A DNA stretch of 64,000 bases from Macrostomum hystrix. Taxonomy: Eukaryota > Animalia > Platyhelminthes. The notes under the pieces were generated by a model that saw only the letters and a list, made by a program, of their open reading frames with translations, was not told the DNA's origin and ran no database searches. Numbering within the stretch: position 1 is the stretch's first letter; the number at the start of each line of letters is the position of its first letter. The stretch lies in the NCBI GenBank assembly GCA_950097015.1, contig CATNEN010000038.1, positions 3,162,001-3,226,000 on the forward strand. Reading direction: 5' to 3'. This document shows positions 1 to 11,644 of this stretch, one piece after another. The position numbers and the translations under genes were made by a program.

Positions 1-129
1 CTGCGGAACCTGTACGCGGCCAATGAGGACGCCTCGTCGTCGTCTTCTGACGATGGCGACGATGATAAAGAAGCTCATACTAAGACAGAAAAAGCAAGTG
101 ACAAGCTGGATGATTACGGAGCTGTCTAG
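1..129 (+). CDS. 3' end of an unidentified gene (partial; ...LRNLYAANEDASSSSSDDGDDDKEAHTKTEKASDKLDDYGAV*)
   Basis: Open frame 1 with GC-rich codons ends at TAG 127-129. Sequence then switches to AT-rich, with AATAAA at 172-177. Too short to assign a product. Confidence 0.6.
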   Translation: MRNLYAANEDASSSSSDDGDDDKEAHTKTEKASDKLDDYGAV

Positions 130-952
130 AAAAACTTTTGAATGTATTTCACGTATTTGTCACCTTGATAAAATAAAGGTCACTATTTTTACTACTTAAA
201 GTAGAACGATATGTCTGCACTTTTGCTCCTTAAAATTTAAAAAGAGAAAAAAAAATTATTGCCTTATAGTCGTGCAATCGTTTTTATAATCGATTGTTTT
301 CGTTTTGGCATTATAGCAAACAATCTGACACCTCCCTATAGACCTAAACAAAGTTCCTAAACTCATAGTTGCGTAAAGCTTTCTGGACCGCGCCACACCC
401 ACCTCATTTTGACTCCCTGATTTAGTAAGTACATATTGAGTAGAACATAATAGGGACATGGTAGTGGCACAGCCTGCGTACGGTATCTGAGTGCGAGTGG
501 GCGAAATAGCCTCCTCGCTAGCTACGGGTCTAGTTATCAAATGAGTTATCCAATTATACGAGTATAACAATTATTGTTATAGTAAAACAGAATAGTATTA
601 TTAAAGTTTCCATCTGGTCTGCAAATTTTTTTTTCTAAAACTATCAACACAAAAACCTGATTCAGAGCTTTCCATTGCTCACTGCCAGCAATGTGGTGCT
701 GCTACATGCAACTTTTGGCATCGGTTTATTTGACGCCTGATGTCAAATGGGTGTACAAATGGCAATCAAGCCGGACGCAGAATACATTGCAGATTTCAAA
801 GACTAAAGACTAATATCAGTCCTAAAGTACTAAATTAACAAAAGGGAGAATTAATCGTGGTCAGAGCATATTGTGAACGTTAATATGGAGTGCACAATTC
901 GTAACAATGAACTGGTTGGCAAGGAAATTCGGAGACTATTGGAGTCGCGTGA

Positions 953-3900
953 TTAGCCGCAGCTGCTGTGCGCCAGCATGGCGGCCTCGATGCGACAGAC
1001 CACCCGGTGCAGGTACCAGCCGAAGCCCACCTGCCACAGGCGGCATGGACTCAGTAGGAACACCGTCAGGTCGTAGGTGGCCAGCAGATAGTTGACTGAC
1101 AGCCACAGCTGCCACAGCAGCAGCGGGTAGATCCACATACGGCAATCTGTCAGGCGGGATAATCGACTAAAGCTAGCCGACGCTGGTTGCTTAGCAACCG
1201 GCCGGCCCAGCCGGTAGCAGAGCAGGGCCAACAGGGGCAAGTGGAAGGCGCACAGCTGAATGAATTCGCTGACGTAGATCAGACTCTCGGGCAGCCAGGT
1301 GCCACCGATGTACAGCCCACTGAGGAACATCACCCCGAAAGTGTCGTCAACAAAGTAGCCAAACATTAACGGACCTGTTGGGGGAAGAATACAACCCGGA
1401 ATCAATATTAGAATCCCATTGTAAATTAGTCAGAGCACTCAGACTCGAAATCCTCACTAAGCAGTCTGATCCTAAAATCCTCAACAAGCAGTCTGATCCC
1501 CAACTTCTCACCAAGCATTCTGATCCCCAACTTCTCACCAAGCAGTCTGATCCCAAAATCATGACCTAATCAACATAATCTAAACTTGTATCTTATCTAC
1601 AAGCTATATTTACTAGAAATGGGGTCTCACCGCATCCCATGTAGAGGAAGTACACTATCCAAGGATAGAACAGGCCGTCGCTGAGCACAAAGCGGTACAG
1701 CCCGCGGGTGATTTCCGGCTGAATCCAGTTGCACACCGACTGCACTAAGGAGTCTGTGGGGCGAGCAGAAGTACTTGCACTGTTAGCACTTTAGCTACTG
1801 AAAAACTGGAAACAATGAATAATTACAAACATCAGTCCTAGAGTACTCAAAATATTTGCCCTAAAATATACGGAAAAAAATTGCACTAAAATATACCGAA
1901 AATACCAGCCACAAGTAACAGAAATATCTGGCATTAATTACCGAAAATATCAACTCTAATTTACCGAAGATATAAACTCTAAATTATCGAAGACATAAAC
2001 TCTAATTTACCGGAAAAAATGATTTATAAATTACTGAAAATATTAACCCCAAATACCAAAAATATCAACTCCAAATTACCAAAAATATCAACTCCAAATT
2101 ACCAAAAATATCAACTCTAAATTACCAAAAATATCAACTCTAAATTACCAAAAATATCAGCCCTGTAATCGATACGAAATGGCTGCGTGAAGCGATATAG
2201 CTACCTGTGAAGCGATAACGGGCCACGCGAACACCAATCAGTGGGGCGAACAGACCGAGCCAGGCCATGTAGAAGCAAAGGCGAACAAACTTTGTAACAT
2301 CGCCCAGTAGGATGAGATTCTGCAGACGGCCGAACTGCCAATTTGGCTCGCCTGCGATTAGAAGCAAACGGGTGAAGCAAATAGAGAGTGGAATGCAAAT
2401 ACTATAATAGTAGAAATATAAACTAGGATGTAAAGTACATTACTTTAGTTTACTTCACTTAAAGTACTTTAGTGAAGGCGACTTGCACAAGTATGCACTT
2501 GTAGTTACGCCCTAATTTAAAATTTTTCTTAGGAGCAACTTTCTAATAAATAATTATGCTAACTCCGAAACTAGCCGATCCGTAAAACTAGGCTTTGATC
2601 CCCCACGGAAGTCGGGAAAAGTCCCCCACCAAAAACGGAATATAAAAAGTCAAAATGCGAAACTACTGCAAAGCACTAAGCTACTCGACTAAACCTAAAT
2701 TTACACAACCTAGCTAAAAAACTTTAAAGCTATTCCAGCCCACTAGGCTACTCCACCCCACCAAGCTACTCCACCACACCAAGCTACTCCACCCCACCAA
2801 GCTACTCCACCCCACCAAGCTACTCCACCCCACCAAGCTACTCCACCCCACCAAGCTACTCAACCTCACCAAGCTAGTCCACCTCACCAAGCTACTCCAC
2901 CCCACCAAGCTACTCCACCCCCCCAAGCTACTCCACCCCCCCAAGCTACTCCACCCCCCCAAGCTACTCCACCCCCCCAAGCTACTCCACCCCACCAAGC
3001 TACTCCACCCCACCAAGCTACTCCACCCCACCAAGCTACTCTACCTCACCAAGCTATTCCACCTCACCAAGCTACTCCACCCAACTAAGCTACTCAAGCC
3101 CACCAAGCTAACCCTGTCACGCACCGGACGCTGAGAACTCCTGCTCAACGTAGGCCTCTCGCCCAGAAGTGTCTCGCACTCGAACCTCTAGTCTGTGTCG
3201 AGACCCGGCGCGGGTTGCCGGCGGTTGCCATGGCAATGCGTACAGCCCGGCAACTCCGGCCTCGGGCTGCGGCGTAGCATTACCGAGATAGCCGCCATCC
3301 AGCCAGACTTTGACAAAAGCGATAGGATCCAGCGAGTAGGCCAGGACTCGAATCTCTTGGCTGCGATTCAACCAAGCGGCTGGCTCCTTGTGCGGAAGCA
3401 GGTACCTGGCGTCCTTCGGATTGGTCACGTGAACAGCCGGCCAGGTGCCTAGCCGGAGGTCGCGAAACGTCACAACGTCATTGTCAACGGCCACAATGCG
3501 ATATAATCGGTTGTCCATCCAGTCCCCCAGCTCCAGCTCTAGAAAGCCTTCCGGATGCAAGCCGTACATGTTTGGCACCGAGCCGCCCAAAGTGTGCAAG
3601 TGGCCGCACATGTACGAGTAGGCGTGCCGCCTATTGGTCCAATGAGGGCACAAAAGGATTCTATTTTTAGAAACATGTCTCATAATCAGATCTAAATAGA
3701 TAAAAAGTACACATGGATAATCCTATTGAGAGGCCATTTTTACTTACCCTTCATAACAGTTCATGATTATCCTACTGACAGGTCACTGATCATCCAACTG
3801 ACAGGTAACTGATAAACCTCCTGACAGGTAATTGATCAACCTACTGACAGGTCATTGATCACCCTACTGACAGGTCATTGATTATCCAACTGACAGGTCA

Positions 3901-6900
3901 TTCATTAACCTACTGACAGGTCACTGATCATCCAACTGACAGGTAACTGATAAACCTCCTGACAGGTCATTAGTCATCCAACTGACAGGTCACTGGTCAT
4001 CCTACTGACAGGTCACTGGTCATCCTACTGACAGGTCACTGGTCATCCTACTGACAGGTAACTGGTCATCCTACTGACAGCTCATTGATCACCTTAATGA
4101 CAGGTAACTGATCATCATACTGACAGGTAACTGATCATCCTACTGACAGGTAACTGATCATCCTACTGACAGGTAACTGATCACCCTACTGACAGGTAAC
4201 TGATCATCATACTGACAGGTAACTGATCATCCTACTGACAGGTAACTGATCATCCTACTGACAGGTAACTGATCATCCTACTGACAGGTAACTGATCATC
4301 CTACTGACAGGTAACTGATCATCCTACTGACAGGTAACTGATCATCCTACTGACAGACCATCACTCACCCAAGAAACTGATGCAAATCGAAGCCCTGGCT
4401 AACAATGATTGATAGCGGGTAGTGACCGAACCAGAACGAGTGGTTGCTGGCTTTGGCTTTCCTGGCGAATCGCTGCACATCCAGGATGGCGGTCTGCGAA
4501 GATTTAATAAAAGTGAAACTAATGAAACTGTCAGAACTTCAGAAGAGAAAAAGCTGCACTAAGCTGCACTTTGGCACTAAGAACAAACCGTGTCCAAGAA
4601 GCCAAAGAAATTGTAGGGCCGCTTTGGTCCGGGCATTGGCACCACGTCAAGCGCCATGAAACTGTACTGGCCAAACGGTTTGCGCGCAGTGTGCATGTAG
4701 GACCTGGGATTTTCCCGACCGCGGCGGGAATATTTGGCGAAGAAGTTCTGCCTGGCATCCAGCGAGAATATGTTGAAGGCGTCTGAAAATTTATTTGGAA
4801 CATTTCAGTCATTCTGACCTTAAATGTCAGTCTAAACCCTGACAGAACCTCAGCTGTAAGTCTAAACCCTGTCAAAACCTCAGCTGTCAGTTAAACTTCA
4901 GCTGTCAGTCTAAACCTCAGCTGTCAGTTAAACTTCAGCTGTCAGTCTAAACCTCAGCTGTCAGTTAAACTTCAGCTGTCCGTCTAAACCTCAGTTGTCA
5001 GTCTAAACCTCACCTGTCAGTCTAAACCTCAGCTGTCAGTTAAACTTCAGCTGTCAGTCTAAACCTCAGTTGTCAGTCTAAACCTCACCTGTCAGTCTAA
5101 ACCTCAGCTGTCAGTTAAACCTCAGTTGTCAGTCTAAACCTCAGTTGTCAGTCTAAACCTCAGTTGTCAATCTAAACCTCAGCTGTCAGTTAAACTTCAG
5201 CTGTCAGTCTAAACCTCAGCTGTCAGTCTAAACCTCACCTGTCAGTCTAAACCTCAGCTGTCAGTTAAACTTCAGCTGTCAGTCTAAACCTCAGTTGTCA
5301 GTCTAAACCTCAGTTGTCAGTCTAAACCTCAGCTGTCAGTTAAACCTCAGTTGTCAGTCTAAACCTCAGTTGTCAGTCTAAACCTCAGTTGTCAATCTAA
5401 ACCTCAGCTGTCAGTTAAACTTCAGCTGTCAGTCTAAACCTCAGTTGTCAGTCTAAACCTCACCTGTCAGTCTAAACCTCAGCTGTCAGTTAAACTTCAG
5501 CTGTCAGTCTAAACCTCAGTTGTCAGTCTAAACCTCAGTTGTCAGTCTAAACCTCAGCTGTCAGTTAAACCTCAGTTGTCGGTCTAAACCTCAGCTGTCA
5601 GTTAAACCTTAGCTGTCAGTCTAAACCTCAGTTGTCAGTCTAAACCACTGTCAGAAACTAAATGAATTTTTTCGCTAAGCACTAAAACTCACCATGATTT
5701 CCGCGCAAATCAAGCCACTTTGTGACGTCATCAACTTTGAACTCCTGCAGCAGGCTGTGGTAGATTTTCCATTCTTCTTCATACTGCCTGGAAGCCTTGA
5801 AGTCCGGCAGTTTGGCATCTGTGAGGTCGCCGGAGACAACCACAACATCGGGCCGAATTAATCGAAGTTCATTGGCCAGGAATTGTCGAAGGTCTGGTAC
5901 TCGGGCTGGGTCACGGAACAGGCTGACATGGATATCGCTTAGCTAATCAGAAATTTAGTGAGGGGAAATTAGATATAAAGTAAAGATTGTACTTAGCCTG
6001 TAAAAAGTAAAGTATGTGCTTAAAGAGGTAAAAAAGTACAATAATCCACACTATTTAGCCAAATTTAGCCATATGTAACTTGCATTTATAATCTTATTCA
6101 ATCTACTATTAGTTATAAGGTGGTTGTAGGTAGCCCATGACTAGAAATTTGCAATCTTAAGTTTGACTATTTAACTAAGAGCTTCATGATTCAAATATTT
6201 GCCCCTTAGTTAAATACTTTACACATCTTTTAGCTTGATGGCTAGCTACATTATGTGATTACTTAGGAACTTTGGTTTGACAAAACAAAAATGTTTGCAT
6301 TGCTATAAATGAGTCAGTATATTAGCCATTTGTGAGTATATATAAGTGAGATTACGGTCTTTGCAACCTAAATTGTAATATGAATACAGAGGAAATATGT
6401 GTAGATAGTAGAGGAAATATGAGCATCCCACTCTATATTCAGATTAGATAACTTGCTAAAGGTATACAATAGCAACAAAATCAATACTTGCTGTCAAGAT
6501 ATAAATAGACAGTGCCACAGGGCACCATATTGGAATGAATCTCCAAATATTGTAGAAGTGTGCCACAGTTTTTAAACTCTGGCAGACTAATATTATATGC
6601 CATAGCCCATAGGTAAATCATACTAGTTATAATTTTGAGTGCAACATATTTTTGTGCCCATTTTTAGCCTAACTATTGGTTTAAATAGTGCCTATGTCAA
6701 TTTTTTCTTTAGCTAACTTATAATAACCCTTTATAAGGTCCCCAATATATGAATTTTTGTTTTTATTTAAAATGCATAAACAAGAGCTAAACAACAAGGC
6801 AATAACTGTGCATATATTATATTATACAAAAAATATACTTACCTGAACAAACACAAATATATTGTTTTTACTCCATTGATAGTTTTTGTATTTCTCAGCA

Positions 6901-7040
6901 AGAGAGCTTTTACTTTGCAACTCTAGGTTCTTTAGGACTGCATATGATCGTAGATCAAGATATAGCAAAATACAATAACCAGCAAAAAGACCAAGGAAAA
7001 GCAACAGTATTAGCTTTACAATTAACTTAATCATTGACAT
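953..7040 (-). CDS. TMEM62: Transmembrane protein 62 (calcineurin-like metallophosphoesterase domain plus C-terminal TM region), 8 exons, ~654 aa
   Basis: Exons: 6843-7040, 5693-5942, 4589-4782, 4369-4493, 3125-3630, 2205-2351, 1631-1753, 953-1374. All introns are GT-AG with consistent phases (1965 nt total). N-terminal signal anchor; motifs SDIH, GDLTD, GNHD, FGHYP, CGHLH; TMEM62-typical LELELGDW..NRLYRIVAVD; hydrophobic C-terminus. AATAAA on the minus strand at 725-730. Confidence 0.9.
1448..1560. repeat. 27-bp minisatellite, ~4 copies (TMEM62 intron 7)
   Basis: gatccccaacttctcaccaagcagtct units. Confidence 0.8.
1935..2158. repeat. 23-bp AT-rich minisatellite (TMEM62 intron 6)
   Basis: aaattaccaaaaatatcaactct units. 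Confidence 0.85.
2740..3110. repeat. 18-bp minisatellite (TMEM62 intron 5)
   Basis: ccaagctactccacccca units. Confidence 0.95.
3765..4355. repeat. 23-bp minisatellite (TMEM62 intron 4)
   Basis: ctgatcatcctactgacaggtaa units. Confidence 0.95.
4845..5652. repeat. 18/19-bp minisatellite (TMEM62 intron 2)
   Basis: ctaaacctcagctgtcagt units. Confidence 0.95.
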
Positions 7041-7045
7041 TAAGC

Positions 7046-7143
7046 CTAAAACTTCTATAACTAGGGTATAGCTAACAAAAATGTATTCAAGATAGCTTAG
7101 GAACTTATGGGGCACTATGGAGTCGTAGACAAGGCCTACTTAC
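7046..7143 (-). other. Probable 5'-UTR intron of TMEM62
   Basis: Minus-strand GTAAGT donor at 7143-7138 and TTTTAG acceptor ending at 7046, 5 nt before the ATG. Confidence 0.5.
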
Positions 7144-8380
7144 TACTAGCAAGCACTGATTAAAGTAAAAGAGCTGGAATTGCTATCAAGTACACCTTTG
7201 AAAGAAAAGTTTCTAATGCTGTAAAAGTCAAAATAAATATATTTCCTGTAATACCTTGGCTCACTTCAGCTTTAAACCAACGTCTTCTTCTTCCTAGTCG
7301 TATCCTTGATACTTGATTCTTGATACTACGTGTATTTACCAGTATTTATAGGCGTGCTATAGCTAGTGGTAGTGGTTATAAGCTAGGACTATCTCTGAAT
7401 TTCGATTGAACTGGCAGCAAAAAATATATCAAAGTGTATGTTCATATTTTGCAGTCACTTACTAAGTCTAACGATTAAAGCAAATGCGCTGTAAGTTATT
7501 AGAAACCATAAAATACTGGTTCAATTTTAAAACGGCCCCAATGATTGATTTTAAATGCACGTGGCTTCATGATAAGTTTATAACACATTATTTATTAAAT
7601 AAGTTGTTTTGCAACAATAAAAGTGAAAAATACGCATTTTAAATATTGGACAGACAAATTTTTTAGTAATACGGCACAGAAATAGTACAATTATTGTTAA
7701 AATACATGAATGAAGTTATCGAGTGGCGAAAATCTAAATTTTAATGCATGTCGAAGTCCAAGTTGAACTCGAGCGTAGTACACTAACCGGTCCTATATCC
7801 GGTGCAATATAAAAAATACGGTAGTTGGCGTGGTTACTGCGGACTGGTTAGTAACTCGTACAATAATTAAAGTCACTGCAAGCTGTATTCTAAACGAATA
7901 TCGTATTCTGGACTACAAAAAGCTCAAAAAGTGTCCGTGCAATTTAAGAATTGATCCCCTTCTTGAACCGCGTGTCCGGTTCCTATATTAACATTGTGGT
8001 AACATCCTATAGTAAAATGTATTGTCTATAACAAACTCAGCCACAAATCTTCGATTGTCAAGGCAAAAGCATAAAATTCCCTGTGGATCAAATACAATTT
8101 TCCAGTATAATTTCATAAATTAACGTTTCAAATGGTAAAAGGCGATGTGATTATCTATAATATTAAATATTACGTATCAATGTCACGATTTTTTAAAGCA
8201 GAAGTGTTTCTAGTCCCTCCCCCGCACAGACACGCAGGGCGCTGCCTGGTTGAACATATCCCCCGGACTTCATCACGCGGGCACCACGGACTCTGTCGCT
8301 GACCCTGTAGACAGCTGCAGACACAAAAATTTCACGTTTGAGACTTTCTCGTCGATTAATAGATTGTTTTTTGCAATTAC

Positions 8381-9002
8381 CTTGGGCTTGCGGCGATTCC
8401 TTGGGGTTTGAGGCGATTCTTTGGGGTTTGAGGCGATTCCTTGGGATTTTAGGCGATTCCTTGAGATCTGAGGCGATTCCTTGTGGTTTGAGGCGATTCC
8501 TTGGGGTTTGAGGCGATTCCTTGGGGTTTGATGCGATTCGTTGGGAATGGGGTTTGAGGCGATTCCTTGGGGTTTGAGGCGATTCCTTGGTTTTGGAGGC
8601 GATTCTATCGCGTTTGAAGCGATTCCTTGGGGTTTGAGGCGATTCCTTTAGGTCAGAGGCGATTCCTTTAGGTCAGAGGCGATTCCTTTAGGTCAGAGGC
8701 GATTCCTTTAGGTCAGAGGCGATTCCTTTAGGTCAGAGGCGATTCCTTTAGGTCAGAGGCGATTCCTTTAGGTCAGAGGCGATTCCTTTAGGTCAGAGGC
8801 GATTCCTTTAGGTCAGAGGCGATTCCTTTAGGTCAGAGGCGATTCCTTTAGGTCAGAGGCGATTCCTTTAGGTCAGAGGCGATTCCTTTAGGTCAGAGGC
8901 GATTCCTTTAGGTCAGAGGCGATTCCTTAGGGCTTGGGACGATTCTTTGGGGTTAGGGGCGATTCCTTGGGGTTGGAGGCGATTCTTTGGGGTTTGTGGC
9001 AA
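8381..9002. repeat. 20-bp minisatellite with a homogeneous variant sub-array
   Basis: ggggtttgaggcgattcctt units; perfect aggtcagaggcgattccttt block at ~8640-8928. Confidence 0.95.
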
Positions 9003-9699
9003 TTTAGCTAAGAATTACCATCTTTCGTAAACAATCTAGTTTAAGCAGTGCATGTAAAAATGTGGTGATACATAAATAGGTAAATTGTACAAAAGTGCGC
9101 ATCAATGCTAAATAAAACCCGGTTGAAACTGATTGTAAACAAGCATGAACGGGTATGGATCGTCTGCGAAAATGTTTTCCGCTGTACGCATGCAAAGCAA
9201 ACACGAGACCCCCCAGCTCGATCGTGTTACTAAGCGCAGAATAAAGCAAGTGTACACTGTACTGCACCACCCACCCTTTCGATGTCTACCTCTTTTGCAC
9301 TAGCTGTGAACCTATATTGCTTTCCTCCAGTCGCCCAACTGCAGCTGGCAATTGTATATAACAAAAAATGCGTCCAATCGTCTGCATGAGATATGCGAAC
9401 AGTTTGAACAGCCGAGCCACCAAAGCAAGAATGCCCCGCAATGAGAATGCACATTTCGGGGCAACACGCGCAAATTTCCTTTCCTACGAGGAATTCTTAC
9501 CCGTCTGTGTTGTGTTGGCTCTCTGGGTCAGCTGGCCTCAACCTCAGCGCAAGGCCAATTAGAAAATATTGACAAAGCTTCTTATTCAGTGTTATATACT
9601 TCCACACAGCGCGCGGCTCGCTCCGAGCAAGACGTAAACAACCGGAAAAGAAATTGTGACACGCGAGCATTCCATTGTGCATAGCAGCTGAGAACAGAC

Positions 9700-10245
9700 A
9701 TGGGCGTCATCTGCATGGTCGTCTGTATGGCCTTCTTGGCCTTTGTGTCGTTTGTGCTGAGCATCGCCGAGATTGTCATGGGCTCGCTGTACATCTACAG
9801 CTGCCCCATAGAACGCTACGTGCCCATCTACCTGGTAGTCAGCGGCTGCGTGGGTGTTGTCCTGGCTGTCACCAGCGGCTCGGATGCGCACAAGACGCAC
9901 AAGAAGTCGCGCGACTCCGATGGCAGCGGCGGCGAAGGCGCCCGACTTCAGGGCGGCGGCATGGATGAGATCAACAACCAGAGCTCCGGCGAGAAGTGCT
10001 GGTCGTTCGTTCGCAGCCTTCTGACCCTGTTCGCCTTGATCTGGATGATCTGCGGCATGTACTGGGTCCTGCACATTTACGGCAATCTGGACAGGAGCTC
10101 TGCTAGTCCGTTCTACTGCAACCCACAGCTGTACCTGTTCGCCCTGGTGATGGTGTTCATCCGACTGGCCCTCATCATCGCCATGATGGTTGTAGCCGTG
10201 TGCGTCTGCTGCGGCCTTATCTGCTGCGCAGTTTGCATGGGCTGA
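9700..10245 (+). CDS. TMEM272: TMEM272-like four-TM membrane protein, single coding exon, 181 aa
   Basis: GC-rich ORF with four hydrophobic segments. Family-typical motifs G..Y...CP....P.YL.V.G, F.LIW.I.G..WV..IY and YC...LY.FA, plus a Cys-rich tail. Acceptor-like TAGCAG just upstream of the ATG. Confidence 0.75.
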   Translation: MGVICMVVCMAFLAFVSFVLSIAEIVMGSLYIYSCPIERYVPIYLVVSGCVGVVLAVTSGSDAHKTHKKSRDSDGSGGEGARLQGGGMDEINNQSSGEKCWSFVRSLLTLFALIWMICGMYWVLHIYGNLDRSSASPFYCNPQLYLFALVMVFIRLALIIAMMVVAVCVCCGLICCAVCMG

Positions 10246-10440
10246 TGCTGAGGCAAAGCTCTTGAGCACTCTTGAGCTCTCGATCATCTTCATCGTTTGG
10301 AAGATCACAGGACCATTCTTTATACTTATTTGAAGTGTGTTGTTCGATACCAGGGAACAGTGTCCTGTGGGTTGTCTTGATGGATGCACTGAATGACAGT
10401 CGGTATAGTTTTGGTGGATCGCGTAGCCAGGATTTTTGTC

Positions 10441-11210
10441 TACTACCAGGGGGGGCGCCACTACGAGAGGGCGTCACTACCAGGGGGGGCGCCACTACGA
10501 GAGGGCGTCACTACCAGGGGTGGGGCACCACTACGAGAGGGCCTCACTACCAGGGGGGGGGGCGCCACTACGAGAGGGCCTCACTACCAGGGGTGGGGCA
10601 CCACTACGAGAGGGCCTCACTACCAGGGGGGGGGCGCCACTACGAGATGGCCTCATTACCAGGGGGCGCCACTACGAGAGGGCCTCACTACCAGGGGGGG
10701 AGGCGCCACTACGAGAGGGCCTCATTACCAGGGGGGGGGCGCCACTACGAGAGGGCGTCACTACCAGGGGGGGCGCCACCACGAGATGGCCTCATTACCA
10801 GGGGGGCGCCACTACGAGAGGGCGTCACTACCAGGGGGGGCGCCACTACGAGAGGGCGTCACTACCAGGGGGGGCGCCACTACGAGAGGGCGTCACTACC
10901 AGGGGGCGCCACTACGAGAGGGCGTCACTACCAGGGGGGGCGCCGCGCCACCACGAGATGGCCTCATTACCAGGGGGGCGCCACTACGAGAGGGCGTCAC
11001 TACCAGGGGGGGCGCCACTACGAGAGGGCGTCACTACCAGGGGGGGCGCCACTACGAGAGGGCGTCACTACCAGGGGGCGCCACTACGAGAGGGCGTCAC
11101 TACCAGGGGGCGCCACTACGAGAGGGCGTCACTACGAGGGGGCGCCAATACGAGAGGGCCTCACTACCAGGGGGGCGCCACTACGAGAGGGCCTCACTAC
11201 CAGGGGGGGC
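10441..11210. repeat. ~34-bp G-rich minisatellite downstream of the TMEM272-like stop
   Basis: ctaccagggggggcgccactacgagagggcgtca units with variable G-runs. Confidence 0.95.
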
Positions 11211-11644
11211 AAATATGCATAAGCCATATTTTATGAACAGGTTGTGAATAGTTAAAAGAATTAGAAAAAAATTAGCACATTTGGTCACTTTAGAAAGAGA
11301 ATTCCATATAAGCTGTACACTGAACACTTGTCAGCTGCATTGTCTTAGTGTCTGCTCCTTCCAAAATCCAAAACTAACATGTATTATTCCTTCCCCATTT
11401 CTGTTGGCTGCGAGTTTTCTTCTTCCTACTTTCTTCCTTCTTTATTTATCAAGCTGTAAACTATAATACCGTAACATATGCTAACTCAAGTCTTGATCAA
11501 TAGACACTGCTCTGCTATTGACACGATACTTACGTGAAGCAAATATAAATAATTTTTTCGAAGTGACATATATTTTATCAAAATTTACGACAATGCGATC
11601 AATCGCTTATTATTTAAAATGCTTATTCTTTTATTTTTTATTAT

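Noticed and set aside
9592-10461. 289-aa minus-strand ORF
   Set aside because: Antisense shadow of the GC-rich TMEM272-like CDS.
10272-11247. Three overlapping 266-316-aa ORFs
   Set aside because: They come from a stop-poor G-rich minisatellite; the frames swap with homopolymer length.
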